Source: a virus. Taken from it: a DNA stretch of 64,000 nucleotides. The translations under genes and the position numbers were made by a program. Below, piece by piece: positions 32,164 through 40,785 of the stretch (the first letter of the stretch is position 1; each line of letters opens with the position of its first letter). The stretch is from positions 1 to 64,000 of the IMG/VR virus record IMGVR_UViG_3300033148_004259; one strand, given 5' to 3'. Under the pieces are notes generated by a model. The model ran no database searches. It was given only the letters and a program-made list of their open reading frames with translations, and was not told the DNA's origin.

Positions 32164-34619
32164 GAGGCGTAGGTCCGATAGATGCGGATCTGGCTCTGGT
32201 CGGGGAGGCCCTTGGGGAATCCGAAGACCGTAAAGGAGAGCCGTTTGTCGGGCGGGCCGGGTACGAGCTGGACATCTGGTGTGGAGCCGCCGGGATTGCC
32301 CGGGACGAGATCTACCTGACAAACGTAGTCAAAGAGCGCCCCCTGAACAACGCCATTTCGATCTTCGTAAACCTGACCGAGATCACGCAGAAGAAGCCCA
32401 TATCTGCGGCCCCTCGATACGAAGATTTTCTCGAATACGTGAACCTGCTTCGGGAAGAACTGGCCAAGACCAAGGCAAAGGTGTTTGTGGCTTTCGGAAA
32501 CACGCCCCTGTACGCACTGACCGGCAAGATCGGGATCACCACGTACCGCGGCTCCATTCTGAAATGCACGCTCGTACCAGGGCGCAAAGTCATTCCGACC
32601 TTTCACCCCGCAGCGGCCCTCAGACAATTCGACTATCGGTACTTCGGTATCCAGGACCTTATCCGGGCACGTGGAGACTCGAAGTTCCCCGAGTTGAGAT
32701 GGCCCGTACGGACTCTCAGGACGGAGTGCACGTACGAAGACATCGTGGATTTTCTGCAGGGCTTGGTAAAACAGATTCCGGGTACGGGCAGAAGGCCCTA
32801 TGAAGAGTCGGACCTGCCGATACTGGCCCTTGATATAGAGGCCATCAACGACGAGGTGAGCCACGTTGGTCTGTCTCTCGGCTCCGAAGAGGCCACCTCG
32901 ATCCACTTCTTAGAGCCCTGGCGTAATGTCTGGACTGTAGAAGAGGAAGTCCGGATCTGGAAGATGCTGGATACGATCCTCACTTGCTACCCGATAGTGG
33001 CCCAGAACGGCAACTACGATGCCTTTATGCTCTTTCGAAAGTATGGCATCCGGGTCAATCTCCAGCACGACACGAGTGTGGCCCATCACATAGCTTTTCC
33101 GGGACTTCCGAAGCGGCTTGAAGTTCTGGCCTCTCTTTATACCCGGGAACCGCATTGGAAGGAAGAGGGCAAGCAAGCCATTAAACGTGGAGACTGGAAT
33201 CAGAAGGAGTTTTCCGAGTACAATTGCAAGGACGTAGTTGTCCTTCATGACATCCTACCCAGGGTTCGTACCGAAGTAAGGAGGTATCGCAATGAAGATC
33301 TCTATCGGCGCACGATGGCTCTTGTCCGGGGTCCCATTATGGCTATTCAGGCCAGAGGAATCCGAATTGATATGGAGGTCCGTGCCAAACTTGCCGCCGA
33401 GTATCAGGATAAGGAGGACCGGGCATCCAGACGTCTACATGATCTCGTTGGATTCGAGCTCAACCCCAACTCCCACCCACAGGTCAAGAAGTACTTCTAT
33501 GAGACCTTGGGATACAAGCCTTACACGGGGAAGAAAGGGAAGTCGACGGTTGATGAGGAAGCTCTCATCAGGCTCGGCAATCAGGGTGCCGAGGCGGCGC
33601 CCATCATTCTCGAATGCCGCCGGGCACGGAAAGCTCGTTCCACCTTCGTCGAGTGTCCCCTCGACCCGGACGGGCGGCTGCGGTCGTCGCTCACTCCTTC
33701 GACCGTATCAGGGCGCTTAGCCTCGTCCCGTTGGCTTTGGGGTACGGGGACCAACCAGCAGAATTACCCGAAGTCCATAAGAGCCATGTGGATAGCGGAC
33801 CCGGACTATGCGGCCTACGGTATGGACCTGGTCGGTGCGGACAACCGCGTAGTTGCCTACCTTGCCAACGAGAAGACCCAGATAGAAGCCTTCGAGATGG
33901 GCAAGGATCTGCACTCTATAACGGCCGGAAGGATATTTGGCATACCCCCTGAGCAGGTTTCCCGAGAGGAAGGCTCGGCAGGCATCGGCAGCCCTGACGA
34001 GTCTCAGCGCGGCATTGGTAAACGGGCGAACCACGGTTTGAACTACGACATGACCCCGCGCACCGCCGCCATTGAATGGGAAATGCCGGAACGTGACGCA
34101 AAGCGGATCTGGTTTGGATACCACCAAGCCTATCCCCGGATACGAAGCACGTTCCACGCAGAAGTTCGAGCCGGGTTAGACGAGACTCGCATTTTGACTA
34201 ACCCGATGGGCAGGCACAGGAAATTCTTTGGCCGCTCCGGGCGCGAGCTCTATAAGGAAGGCTACAATTGGATGGCACAGAGTACAGTCGCCGACGTGAT
34301 CAATTGGTGGGGTCTGTTGCACATACACGAACGCCAAGACCTCTTCAAGCCAGTAGAGCTTCTTAACCAGATACATGACGAGCTGGACTTCCAACTTCCC
34401 TTGAGTCTCGGTTGGGTTTCCCATGCCGACATGATTCTTAGAATTCGGGACTCTCTTCAGCAAACCATGTACTGGAAGAGCCGCCCCTTTTATCTTCCGG
34501 TCGAGTTGAAGATCGGGCACGGGTTCTACCCCATGATTGAGATAAACATCGACAAGATCAGTTCGGCTGTCAAATTGGCCGTTATGTTAAAGGAGGCCTG
34601 GTATGGACAGACAGCCTAA
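32142..34619 (+). CDS. Family A DNA polymerase fused to an N-terminal family-4 UDG-like domain and a 3'-5' exonuclease (825 aa)
   Basis: UDG motifs GEALGESEDRKGEPFVGRAG and HPAAALR. Exo motifs LDIEA, NGNYD, YNCKD. Pol motifs DLVGADNRV, RGIGKRANHGLNYD, QIHDEL. TTG start is uncertain. Confidence 0.9.
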   Translation: MSIHIRVGGVGPIDADLALVGEALGESEDRKGEPFVGRAGYELDIWCGAAGIARDEIYLTNVVKERPLNNAISIFVNLTEITQKKPISAAPRYEDFLEYVNLLREELAKTKAKVFVAFGNTPLYALTGKIGITTYRGSILKCTLVPGRKVIPTFHPAAALRQFDYRYFGIQDLIRARGDSKFPELRWPVRTLRTECTYEDIVDFLQGLVKQIPGTGRRPYEESDLPILALDIEAINDEVSHVGLSLGSEEATSIHFLEPWRNVWTVEEEVRIWKMLDTILTCYPIVAQNGNYDAFMLFRKYGIRVNLQHDTSVAHHIAFPGLPKRLEVLASLYTREPHWKEEGKQAIKRGDWNQKEFSEYNCKDVVVLHDILPRVRTEVRRYRNEDLYRRTMALVRGPIMAIQARGIRIDMEVRAKLAAEYQDKEDRASRRLHDLVGFELNPNSHPQVKKYFYETLGYKPYTGKKGKSTVDEEALIRLGNQGAEAAPIILECRRARKARSTFVECPLDPDGRLRSSLTPSTVSGRLASSRWLWGTGTNQQNYPKSIRAMWIADPDYAAYGMDLVGADNRVVAYLANEKTQIEAFEMGKDLHSITAGRIFGIPPEQVSREEGSAGIGSPDESQRGIGKRANHGLNYDMTPRTAAIEWEMPERDAKRIWFGYHQAYPRIRSTFHAEVRAGLDETRILTNPMGRHRKFFGRSGRELYKEGYNWMAQSTVADVINWWGLLHIHERQDLFKPVELLNQIHDELDFQLPLSLGWVSHADMILRIRDSLQQTMYWKSRPFYLPVELKIGHGFYPMIEINIDKISSAVKLAVMLKEAWYGQTA

Positions 34620-35883
34620 AGACCATACAGAGCGCCGGATGCCTGATTGGATGGATGGCTTTATGGAATACACCGACCCTCTGGAACCCTGCCCCTTGTA
34701 CTTCAGGTGGACGGCTATAGCGACTCTCTCGTCCGTCCTGGAACGCAAGTGCTGGCTTCCGCACGGGGTGGACAAGACCTTCTATCCGAACTTTTACATT
34801 GCCCTGGTTGGCCCATCGGGAGCTCGAAAGACCACCGCTCTGGAGGTGGGCCAGCGGGCGCTTGAAGAAATAGGCATGACCGTTGGTAGACAGTCCTGGA
34901 CCACTCCCATCATGCTAAAAATGATGAATAAGAGCTACGAGGCTTTGAAAGAGGCTGGGAAGAAGGGGCCATACCTGCACAGCTCTCTTTCTCTCTTCGC
35001 AGGCGAGCTGGCCGTGTTTCTCAAGCCTCACAAGGTAGACGTCAAGTGGTTCGATATGTTGTGTGATCTGTACGACTGTGGATCGACCTTCGAGTATTAC
35101 ACCATGACCTCCGACATCATCCTGTGTAAGAACATCTACCTGACGATATTCGGAGGAATGACTCCAGACGGCGTGGCCAAAGCTATTCCGCGGTCCGTCG
35201 TGGGAGAGGGTTTCACTTCCCGGATGATATTTGCATGGTCCAACACGTGGGGCATGGACAAGGACCCCGACTCGTATGACACATCGGAGAGACGCTCCTT
35301 ATGGGACGACCTGCTCGACGATCTTCGAATAATTCGTTCCATGTCGGGTCCCTTCTGTCAAGGAGAAAGCTTTAAGGCTCTGTACCAGCCGTGGTATGAG
35401 CGCATCCGCAAGGAACCTAAGCTGCCCGGGCGGGAGTTCAAAGGCTACAACAGTCGGCGTCAGGTACATCTGTTGAAGCTGGCAATAATTTCTTGCGCAA
35501 GTCGTCGAGACGGTAGAATGACCCTCAATGACAGAGACTTCCGGCGAGCTCTGAGCATCCTGGAAGAAGTAGAATGTCAGATGCCACGGGCCGTAGGATA
35601 CATCACGACCGACCAGTTCGCCCGGGTACAGCAGGAAGTTATGGAGTTAATGTGCCAGGCCAAGGACAAGAGAATGACCCTTAGTCAGATCTACCGTCAG
35701 GTTCACGGGGACGTTTCACTCAAAGACCTGAAGGACCGCGTAATGTGGAGCCTTCGGGAGATACATTTCATAACTTGTGAAAATCCGGGAGCTCGGCACG
35801 GTCACGAAGAGTTGATCTACGTGGTAAACCCGGCATTTTACAAGTCCTTCTACCGGCCTATTATAGGAAAGAAAGGAGCCTAA
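34603..35883 (+). CDS. P-loop NTPase, DUF3987/helicase-like (426 aa)
   Basis: Walker A LVGPSGARKT. Immediately downstream of the polymerase. AAAGGAGG RBS. Helicase role is inferred. Confidence 0.6.
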   Translation: MDRQPKDHTERRMPDWMDGFMEYTDPLEPCPLYFRWTAIATLSSVLERKCWLPHGVDKTFYPNFYIALVGPSGARKTTALEVGQRALEEIGMTVGRQSWTTPIMLKMMNKSYEALKEAGKKGPYLHSSLSLFAGELAVFLKPHKVDVKWFDMLCDLYDCGSTFEYYTMTSDIILCKNIYLTIFGGMTPDGVAKAIPRSVVGEGFTSRMIFAWSNTWGMDKDPDSYDTSERRSLWDDLLDDLRIIRSMSGPFCQGESFKALYQPWYERIRKEPKLPGREFKGYNSRRQVHLLKLAIISCASRRDGRMTLNDRDFRRALSILEEVECQMPRAVGYITTDQFARVQQEVMELMCQAKDKRMTLSQIYRQVHGDVSLKDLKDRVMWSLREIHFITCENPGARHGHEELIYVVNPAFYKSFYRPIIGKKGA

Positions 35884-36255
35884 ATGGAATCCGAAACCGC
35901 ATCTCAGCTCCAAAGAGAGGGCGTCAAGTACGATAAGGGCAAACTCAGGTACGATCTTATTCCGCCTGCCCCTTTAGAAGAGCTGGTTGCCGTGTATACC
36001 ATGGGCGCCGAGAAGTACGACGACCGGAATTGGGAGAAGGGCATGAAGTGGGGTCGGATCTTCGGTGCCCTGATGCGTCACGCTTGGAGGTTTTGGGCCG
36101 GGGACGAGAAGGACCACGAGTCCGGACTGCATCCTCTGGCCCATGCGGCGTGGTGTTGTTTCACCCTTATGGAGTACGCCAGGACGCACAGAGAGCTGGA
36201 TGATCGTCCCAAAGCCGCAAAGGCCCAACAGAGAGGCCAGGAGGATACCAAGTGA
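35884..36255 (+). CDS. dATP/dGTP pyrophosphohydrolase N-terminal-domain-like protein (123 aa)
   Basis: KYDKGKLRYDLIP...GAEKYDDRNWEKG...RHAWRFWAGDEKDHESGLHPLAHAAW fits the phage family pattern as recalled. Confidence 0.6.
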   Translation: MESETASQLQREGVKYDKGKLRYDLIPPAPLEELVAVYTMGAEKYDDRNWEKGMKWGRIFGALMRHAWRFWAGDEKDHESGLHPLAHAAWCCFTLMEYARTHRELDDRPKAAKAQQRGQEDTK

Positions 36256-36689
36256 ACAAAGTTTATATCTCGGGTCCCATACGCACCGACTCGATGCTCG
36301 GTTGGATGGCTAACATCCTGAAAGCGTATGCAGTGGCCCGTATGTATTGGAAGAAAGGAAGCGTGGTCGTCTGTCCCCACACTAACACGGCCTTTATGGA
36401 TCGAAGAGACCTGCCGCCCAGAGTCTTCCTTACCGGGGACCTTGAGCTCGTAGGATGGGCCAACCTGGTGGTAATGCTACCGAACTGGGACCGATCCACA
36501 GGTTGTGTCGGCGAGCACGACCGCGCTGTCCGTAGCGGGAAGGAAATTCACTATCTGACCCGGGGGCAGGTGCAAGAGGCGATAGACGACTTACTTTGGG
36601 GTTCCGAAGAGGCCCCTCTATCAGGAGAGAAAGATGGACTCGAAATGCCCACTATGTGGAAGCGAGAAGGAGACGCAGGGTCTCCCTGA
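36252..36689 (+). CDS. DUF4406 / nucleoside 2-deoxyribosyltransferase-like protein (145 aa), GTG start
   Basis: KVYISGPI...CPH...DLELVGWANLVVMLPNWDRSTGCVGEHDRA matches the DUF4406 pattern. AGGAGG RBS. Confidence 0.6.
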   Translation: MNKVYISGPIRTDSMLGWMANILKAYAVARMYWKKGSVVVCPHTNTAFMDRRDLPPRVFLTGDLELVGWANLVVMLPNWDRSTGCVGEHDRAVRSGKEIHYLTRGQVQEAIDDLLWGSEEAPLSGEKDGLEMPTMWKREGDAGSP

Positions 36690-36921
36690 CTTTCCGGGGG
36701 ACGAATTCCCTGTAACCATACATGAGGGATGTCCGAACGGCTGTGACTATGTTCTGCAGTGTATGGCCCCGGAACTTTACAAAGCTCTGAATGATTGGTG
36801 GGAGGCGTGGCGAACTTGTGAGACCACCTGGACGACCGGAAATCCTCAGTACCTTGGGGAGGCAGTCCGCCGCACGACTCTGATCATGCAGAAGCTTCAC
36901 TCCAAGAAGGAGGGCAAATGA
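36634..36921 (+). CDS. Cys-rich protein (95 aa)
   Basis: CPLCGS...CPNGC motif. CAGGAGAG RBS. Overlaps the upstream gene by 56 nt. Confidence 0.5.
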   Translation: MDSKCPLCGSEKETQGLPDFPGDEFPVTIHEGCPNGCDYVLQCMAPELYKALNDWWEAWRTCETTWTTGNPQYLGEAVRRTTLIMQKLHSKKEGK

Positions 36922-38120
36922 GAACCGCAACCGCAAGAAGCATCGAAATTGCGGCTTATTCACGCGACCACGGAATTGCCGAGGCCGCCAAGTTCTTCAA
37001 CATTAAGCGAGGTTATGTCGGATCTTGCCGATTCATAGCCAGGAAGTCCGGGATGGACATTCCACATGCCAAGAGGGGACGCCCGCTGGAGCCTATACCT
37101 ATTAACGAAGGGGGCCGGGTTGACCTTGTTGCCCCCAAAACGGTCGATAGAAGGCTCCAGATAGTTCAGGATTCGAACGAGTATGGGACCGCCAAGACCG
37201 CTGAAATGCACGGTATGACGGAGCAGGCGGTAGCGATCACGCGTTCCAGGGTTTTGAAGTCCTATCGGCACTACGAGGAATTCAAGGACCTGATCACCAA
37301 GATCCGTCGGTACGCCAAGACTTGGGACACGTTTCCGGAGCTCACCGGCGACTGGATGATCTGGTTTGACGGACACGTTCCGTTCATCCACTTTGAAACC
37401 ATGCTCCGGGCCATGGAAGTGGCAGATGAGTATGGCATCGACGACCTGTTGCTTCCTGGAGACTGGTTCGACTTTGAAGACCTCTCGAAGTTTGACTTCG
37501 GCGGCTTTCAAACGGACGCGGCTGAAGAGCTCAGTACAGGCCGTGAGATGCTCGAACGTCTTCGCAGAAGATTCCGGCGCATCGTACTACTTCGGGGAAA
37601 TCACGAGGAACGCCTTGTCAAGTTCCTGAAGCGCATCCAGCGAGCTTACGAGTCCGACCCGGATCTCGCCAAGTACCAGAAGATCATCGGGCGAGAGCCC
37701 AGCCAGACTGCCTGGCACCAGTACAAGGACTTCCTGACTTCCGAGGGCATCGAAGTCTCGAACGATCCTCTGGCCTTCATCAATGACGACATCGTGGTTG
37801 TGCATCCGAGCTCGATGTCCAACATGGCCCCGAATGTCGAAGAGGTTCTGACTCAGAAGTACCATCGTCATGTCGTCGGCGGCCACGTACATAATCTTGG
37901 CATTCGAACCTGTCGAGATGGAAAGACCCTTGCCATTCGGGTAGGAGGGCTCGTCGATGCTCAACGTTGCTTCTATAAACAGAAGCGTGTTACTGTCCAC
38001 TATGAGTGGGTCAATTCGTTCGCCTGGGTCAAGGATGGGAAGATCGGCGTCTGGATGGACAACCAGAGTTGGATCAACCCGGTGGCCGAGGAAGTCCTGC
38101 AGGTTGGGAGGGAAGCATGA
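36918..38120 (+). CDS. Calcineurin-like metallophosphoesterase with extra N-terminal domain (400 aa)
   Basis: Motifs in order: DGHVPF, GDWFD, GNHE, GGHVH. GAAGGAGGG RBS. Confidence 0.8.
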   Translation: MRTATARSIEIAAYSRDHGIAEAAKFFNIKRGYVGSCRFIARKSGMDIPHAKRGRPLEPIPINEGGRVDLVAPKTVDRRLQIVQDSNEYGTAKTAEMHGMTEQAVAITRSRVLKSYRHYEEFKDLITKIRRYAKTWDTFPELTGDWMIWFDGHVPFIHFETMLRAMEVADEYGIDDLLLPGDWFDFEDLSKFDFGGFQTDAAEELSTGREMLERLRRRFRRIVLLRGNHEERLVKFLKRIQRAYESDPDLAKYQKIIGREPSQTAWHQYKDFLTSEGIEVSNDPLAFINDDIVVVHPSSMSNMAPNVEEVLTQKYHRHVVGGHVHNLGIRTCRDGKTLAIRVGGLVDAQRCFYKQKRVTVHYEWVNSFAWVKDGKIGVWMDNQSWINPVAEEVLQVGREA

Positions 38121-38209
38121 GGAGGGCCAAAATGCTGCCATACATCTTCTATATCGTAGGAAGCCTGTGTTTCCTGGTAGGATCCGTCATAGCTCTGATA
38201 CGGTCCTGA
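38117..38209 (+). CDS. Possible 30-aa single-TM peptide (MRRAKMLPYIFYIVGSLCFLVGSVIALIRS)
   Basis: GGGAGGGAAG RBS. AUGA overlap. Last ORF before the convergent terminator. Confidence 0.4.
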   Translation: MRRAKMLPYIFYIVGSLCFLVGSVIALIRS

Positions 38210-38216
38210 TACAAAA

Positions 38217-38249
38217 GGGCCCCCGACCTTTCCGGTTAGGGGCCCTTTT
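38217..38249. terminator. Bidirectional rho-independent terminator at the convergence of early and late blocks
   Basis: AAAA-GGGCCCC...GGGGCCC-UUUU hairpin, flanked by an A-tract and a T-tract. Confidence 0.65.
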
Positions 38250-38268
38250 CTTATTCAGGAAAGCTGCG

Positions 38269-38523
38269 CTATATCGTTGTGTTGCTCCCGAACAGCCCGC
38301 CCATCCGTGTCTTCAGTTCCTCCACGAATGGTACTACAGCCCGCCCGACGCGTTCGTATTCTTTCGGCTCCCACTTAGAGTCCGCTGCGCCTGAGTGGAT
38401 CGACTGTACTATCGCTGCCATCCGGAGGGCCAGCTTCTTCGCGGCCACGAACTTCCACAGGAACCCGAGTCCGAAGACGGCCGTAATAATCACGTCCAGG
38501 TGGTTCAAAACAAGGTCCATCAT
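38269..38523 (-). CDS. Small membrane protein (84 aa), last gene of the late operon
   Basis: N-terminal TM segment (VIITAVFGLGFLWKFV). Its start lies inside the upstream ORF. Confidence 0.5.
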   Translation of the reverse strand: MMDLVLNHLDVIITAVFGLGFLWKFVAAKKLALRMAAIVQSIHSGAADSKWEPKEYERVGRAVVPFVEELKTRMGGLFGSNTTI

Positions 38524-38728
38524 CGCGAGATACCTCCTTCATGAGAATTTCCCGGTGCCTCTCCATAGCCTCCAGGCGCTTTTGCTCCTGGTACAGTTTG
38601 TAGAAAGTGGCTCCGGTGTTGATTACGTCCGCGACTTTACGGGCGCGGCGGCTTCGGGTGCTTACCGCTACTTCCTGTGCCGTCGCAGACACAAGTGTAA
38701 GGGCGAATCTTTTCCAGTTGAATCCCAT
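38375..38728 (-). CDS. Hypothetical protein (117 aa); 3' third overlaps the next gene out of frame
   Basis: The N-terminal 70 aa look protein-like. The last ~50 aa are Arg/Pro/Gly-rich and overlap 38269..38523 by 149 nt. Confidence 0.45.
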   Translation of the reverse strand: MGFNWKRFALTLVSATAQEVAVSTRSRRARKVADVINTGATFYKLYQEQKRLEAMERHREILMKEVSRDDGPCFEPPGRDYYGRLRTRVPVEVRGREEAGPPDGSDSTVDPLRRSGL

Positions 38729-38757
38729 CGGATTGCCTCCATAGAACGCGTAGACTA

Positions 38758-39300
38758 TTAATGCCTATCCCAGATGATGTCTCCGGTGACGAAAGTCTGA
38801 TCGTCGTTGAGCGAGTCATTCGGCACGAACTCAAAGTAAGCCATTGGAGCGAACGTGCCAATGGACCAAGCCTTGAAATAGCTTCCGGCAGCGCCGATGT
38901 ATGCACTGTCCTGTCGGCTGAAGGAGACCAAGTCTGTAGTGTCGAGTCTTGTTTTCTGAGCATCTGCGTAGTCGGCCCAGCCGGTCCGCAGCACCATCCA
39001 GAATGCTACGTTCGGGTCCTGGGTTGGGTTATCCGTGGTCGCGTTTATGACCGAGGCCAGCTTGGATCCGGGAGTGAAGAGCGAACTCCAGGATCGGGTA
39101 GAGTGATTCCAGACCTTTATTCGGGAGGCTCCATAGGCGCTGCGCAGTTTAACAGTGCCTTCGAGCTGTTCTTCTGGGGGATCGCCCCCCGAGCCTACCG
39201 TGAAAGTGGTAGGAATCGGAGTTGTGTTCTGGCCCGTGCTGACTGCAATCCAGGCCAGCAGAGGAACCAGAAGCAGGGATGTAAAGATGAACTTTCTCAT
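38758..39300 (-). CDS. Secreted protein (180 aa)
   Basis: AGGAG RBS before the ATG at 39300. Signal peptide MRKFIFTSLLLVPLLAWIAVS. Trimmed from track ORF 38758..39420. Confidence 0.7.
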   Translation of the reverse strand: MRKFIFTSLLLVPLLAWIAVSTGQNTTPIPTTFTVGSGGDPPEEQLEGTVKLRSAYGASRIKVWNHSTRSWSSLFTPGSKLASVINATTDNPTQDPNVAFWMVLRTGWADYADAQKTRLDTTDLVSFSRQDSAYIGAAGSYFKAWSIGTFAPMAYFEFVPNDSLNDDQTFVTGDIIWDRH

Positions 39301-39319
39301 TGCGTACTCCTGGTGAAGG

Positions 39320-39766
39320 TTATGAGTGTGTTCCTCTGTATTTGAACACGTCTCTACGGAATTCGTGCATGTCGAAAGCATTGCCGGGACAGGTCTTCTT
39401 CGTGTTGTAATCCCCCTCACGGTGGCCTATGACCTGGTCGGTTATAATATGGCCGAGTTCGCACAACGAAGCTGTCAGCCGAACGGCTGCATCCCATAGT
39501 GCCTTGGGCGGCTTGTCATGATCGAAGTTCCCAACTATACATATACCCCAGGACTTTCCATTTAGACCCTTGCAGTGGGCTCCGCGCTCGGTAGGCATAC
39601 GACCAATAAGGGTCTCGACTTGGCCGTTGACCATCTCGATACCGAAGTTATACCCGATGTCCTTCCATCCGTTGTGTTCGACGTGCCACTTACGGATGCC
39701 CTGCCAATCCAAGGTCCCGTGGTCCTTTGCCTCACTATGGTGAATGACGATGAATAGCGGCTTCAT
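39320..39766 (-). CDS. N-acetylmuramoyl-L-alanine amidase endolysin (Amidase_2/PGRP, T7-lysozyme-like; 148 aa)
   Basis: IVIHHSE, GYNFGI, and GHREG...KTCPG zinc-ligand pattern. Confidence 0.9.
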   Translation of the reverse strand: MKPLFIVIHHSEAKDHGTLDWQGIRKWHVEHNGWKDIGYNFGIEMVNGQVETLIGRMPTERGAHCKGLNGKSWGICIVGNFDHDKPPKALWDAAVRLTASLCELGHIITDQVIGHREGDYNTKKTCPGNAFDMHEFRRDVFKYRGTHS

Positions 39767-40167
39767 GGAGCCTCCTGTTGAAGTAGAAACTTCAGTTCGC
39801 TTATCTGCTCCATGAGCTTCGCGTTATCGAGGTCGATCTTATGAAGTTTCTCGCGTATGTCTATTTCAAGCGTGTGCATTGTTTTGGCCTGAGTTTGGAT
39901 TTTGTCGGCCAGAGCCGCATCTCGGCCTACAAGACTCAGGAAGATGGTTATGCTCCCTCCAATCAAGCAAGCCAGCAGGATGCTGACGATCCGGCCCATG
40001 ACTTTACTGGCCTTATCCTGGAGAGCCCCTTCTACATCTTCCATCATCTCTTTACAGGCAGCGACGGTACGGAACTTCGAGGGACCATCTCGGCATTTTT
40101 CAAACCGGGTACTGATGGCCACATCAAGGTCGGCTCTGTTGATTGCGGCTGTCATAATGCCCTCCAT
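39763..40167 (-). CDS. TM plus coiled-coil protein (134 aa), holin or spanin candidate
   Basis: Central TM segment (IVSILLACLIGGSITIFLSLV) and a heptad-rich C-terminus. Directly upstream of the endolysin. Confidence 0.55.
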   Translation of the reverse strand: MEGIMTAAINRADLDVAISTRFEKCRDGPSKFRTVAACKEMMEDVEGALQDKASKVMGRIVSILLACLIGGSITIFLSLVGRDAALADKIQTQAKTMHTLEIDIREKLHKIDLDNAKLMEQISELKFLLQQEAP

Positions 40168-40414
40168 TTCGTCTCTTGGCCAGCTCCTTCAGGAGCCTTA
40201 AATCGGCCAAACCTTGTGCGTTACGTTTACTTAAGGAATCCAGTTTTGCCATTATGGCGCTGTCGATCTGCAATGTGTCCACCATTAGCGCGGCAGCAAT
40301 CGCCTTTGACTTCCCCGGCTCCAGCCATTTCTTGTGCTGCACCCGGGCCGCGACTCCGGCACAGAGGGCGAAGATTACTATCAGCGGGAGCAGTTTTGAA
40401 TAGTGACGTACCAT
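40124..40414 (-). CDS. N-terminally anchored small protein (96 aa), lysis-cassette candidate
   Basis: LLPLIVIFALCAGVAA anchor or possible lipobox. Overlaps the next gene by 44 nt. Confidence 0.5.
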   Translation of the reverse strand: MVRHYSKLLPLIVIFALCAGVAARVQHKKWLEPGKSKAIAAALMVDTLQIDSAIMAKLDSLSKRNAQGLADLRLLKELAKRRNGGHYDSRNQQSRP

Positions 40415-40446
40415 AATTTAACGGTCTCCATCGGGAGGGGCGCCGA

Positions 40447-40776
40447 CTACTTCGATACCTTTGCCGGAATAATCGCCGTCCTGATTTTGTTGGCCCTTAC
40501 TTTGATGTTCGGGAAAAGCCGTCTTAGGGCCTTGATTTTCATCGTGTCTTGCAGGGCCTTCGGTTCGTCCGTTACGTAGCCGATGATTCGGAACCTACTG
40601 TTGGTGATTATCACCTGGCCCATCAACGGGTTGATAGCCCGCACCTGCTTCTCGATGCTGTCGGCCAGAAGAGAATCTGGCCCGGTCACCGGGATTTTGA
40701 CCGTCACTTCTCGTCGTTCGGCTGCCAGCAGCGGCAGAGCCAGAACCAGCAAACAAACTGTTATCAAACGTTTCAT
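40447..40776 (-). CDS. Secreted protein (109 aa)
   Basis: Signal peptide MKRLITVCLLVLALPLLAA. Confidence 0.7.
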   Translation of the reverse strand: MKRLITVCLLVLALPLLAAERREVTVKIPVTGPDSLLADSIEKQVRAINPLMGQVIITNSRFRIIGYVTDEPKALQDTMKIKALRRLFPNIKVRANKIRTAIIPAKVSK

Positions 40777-40785
40777 GGTTCCTCC

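Noticed and set aside
31923-32906. 327-aa minus-strand ORF
   Set aside because: It is antisense to the UDG-PolA gene, whose motifs are unambiguous. It is isolated on the wrong strand inside a plus-strand operon.
35884-36255. Evidence for a 2-aminoadenine (Z-base) pathway from the MazZ-like pyrophosphohydrolase
   Set aside because: No PurZ-like (GDEGKG adenylosuccinate-synthetase-type) or DatZ-like HD gene was seen anywhere in the window. The single gene is insufficient.
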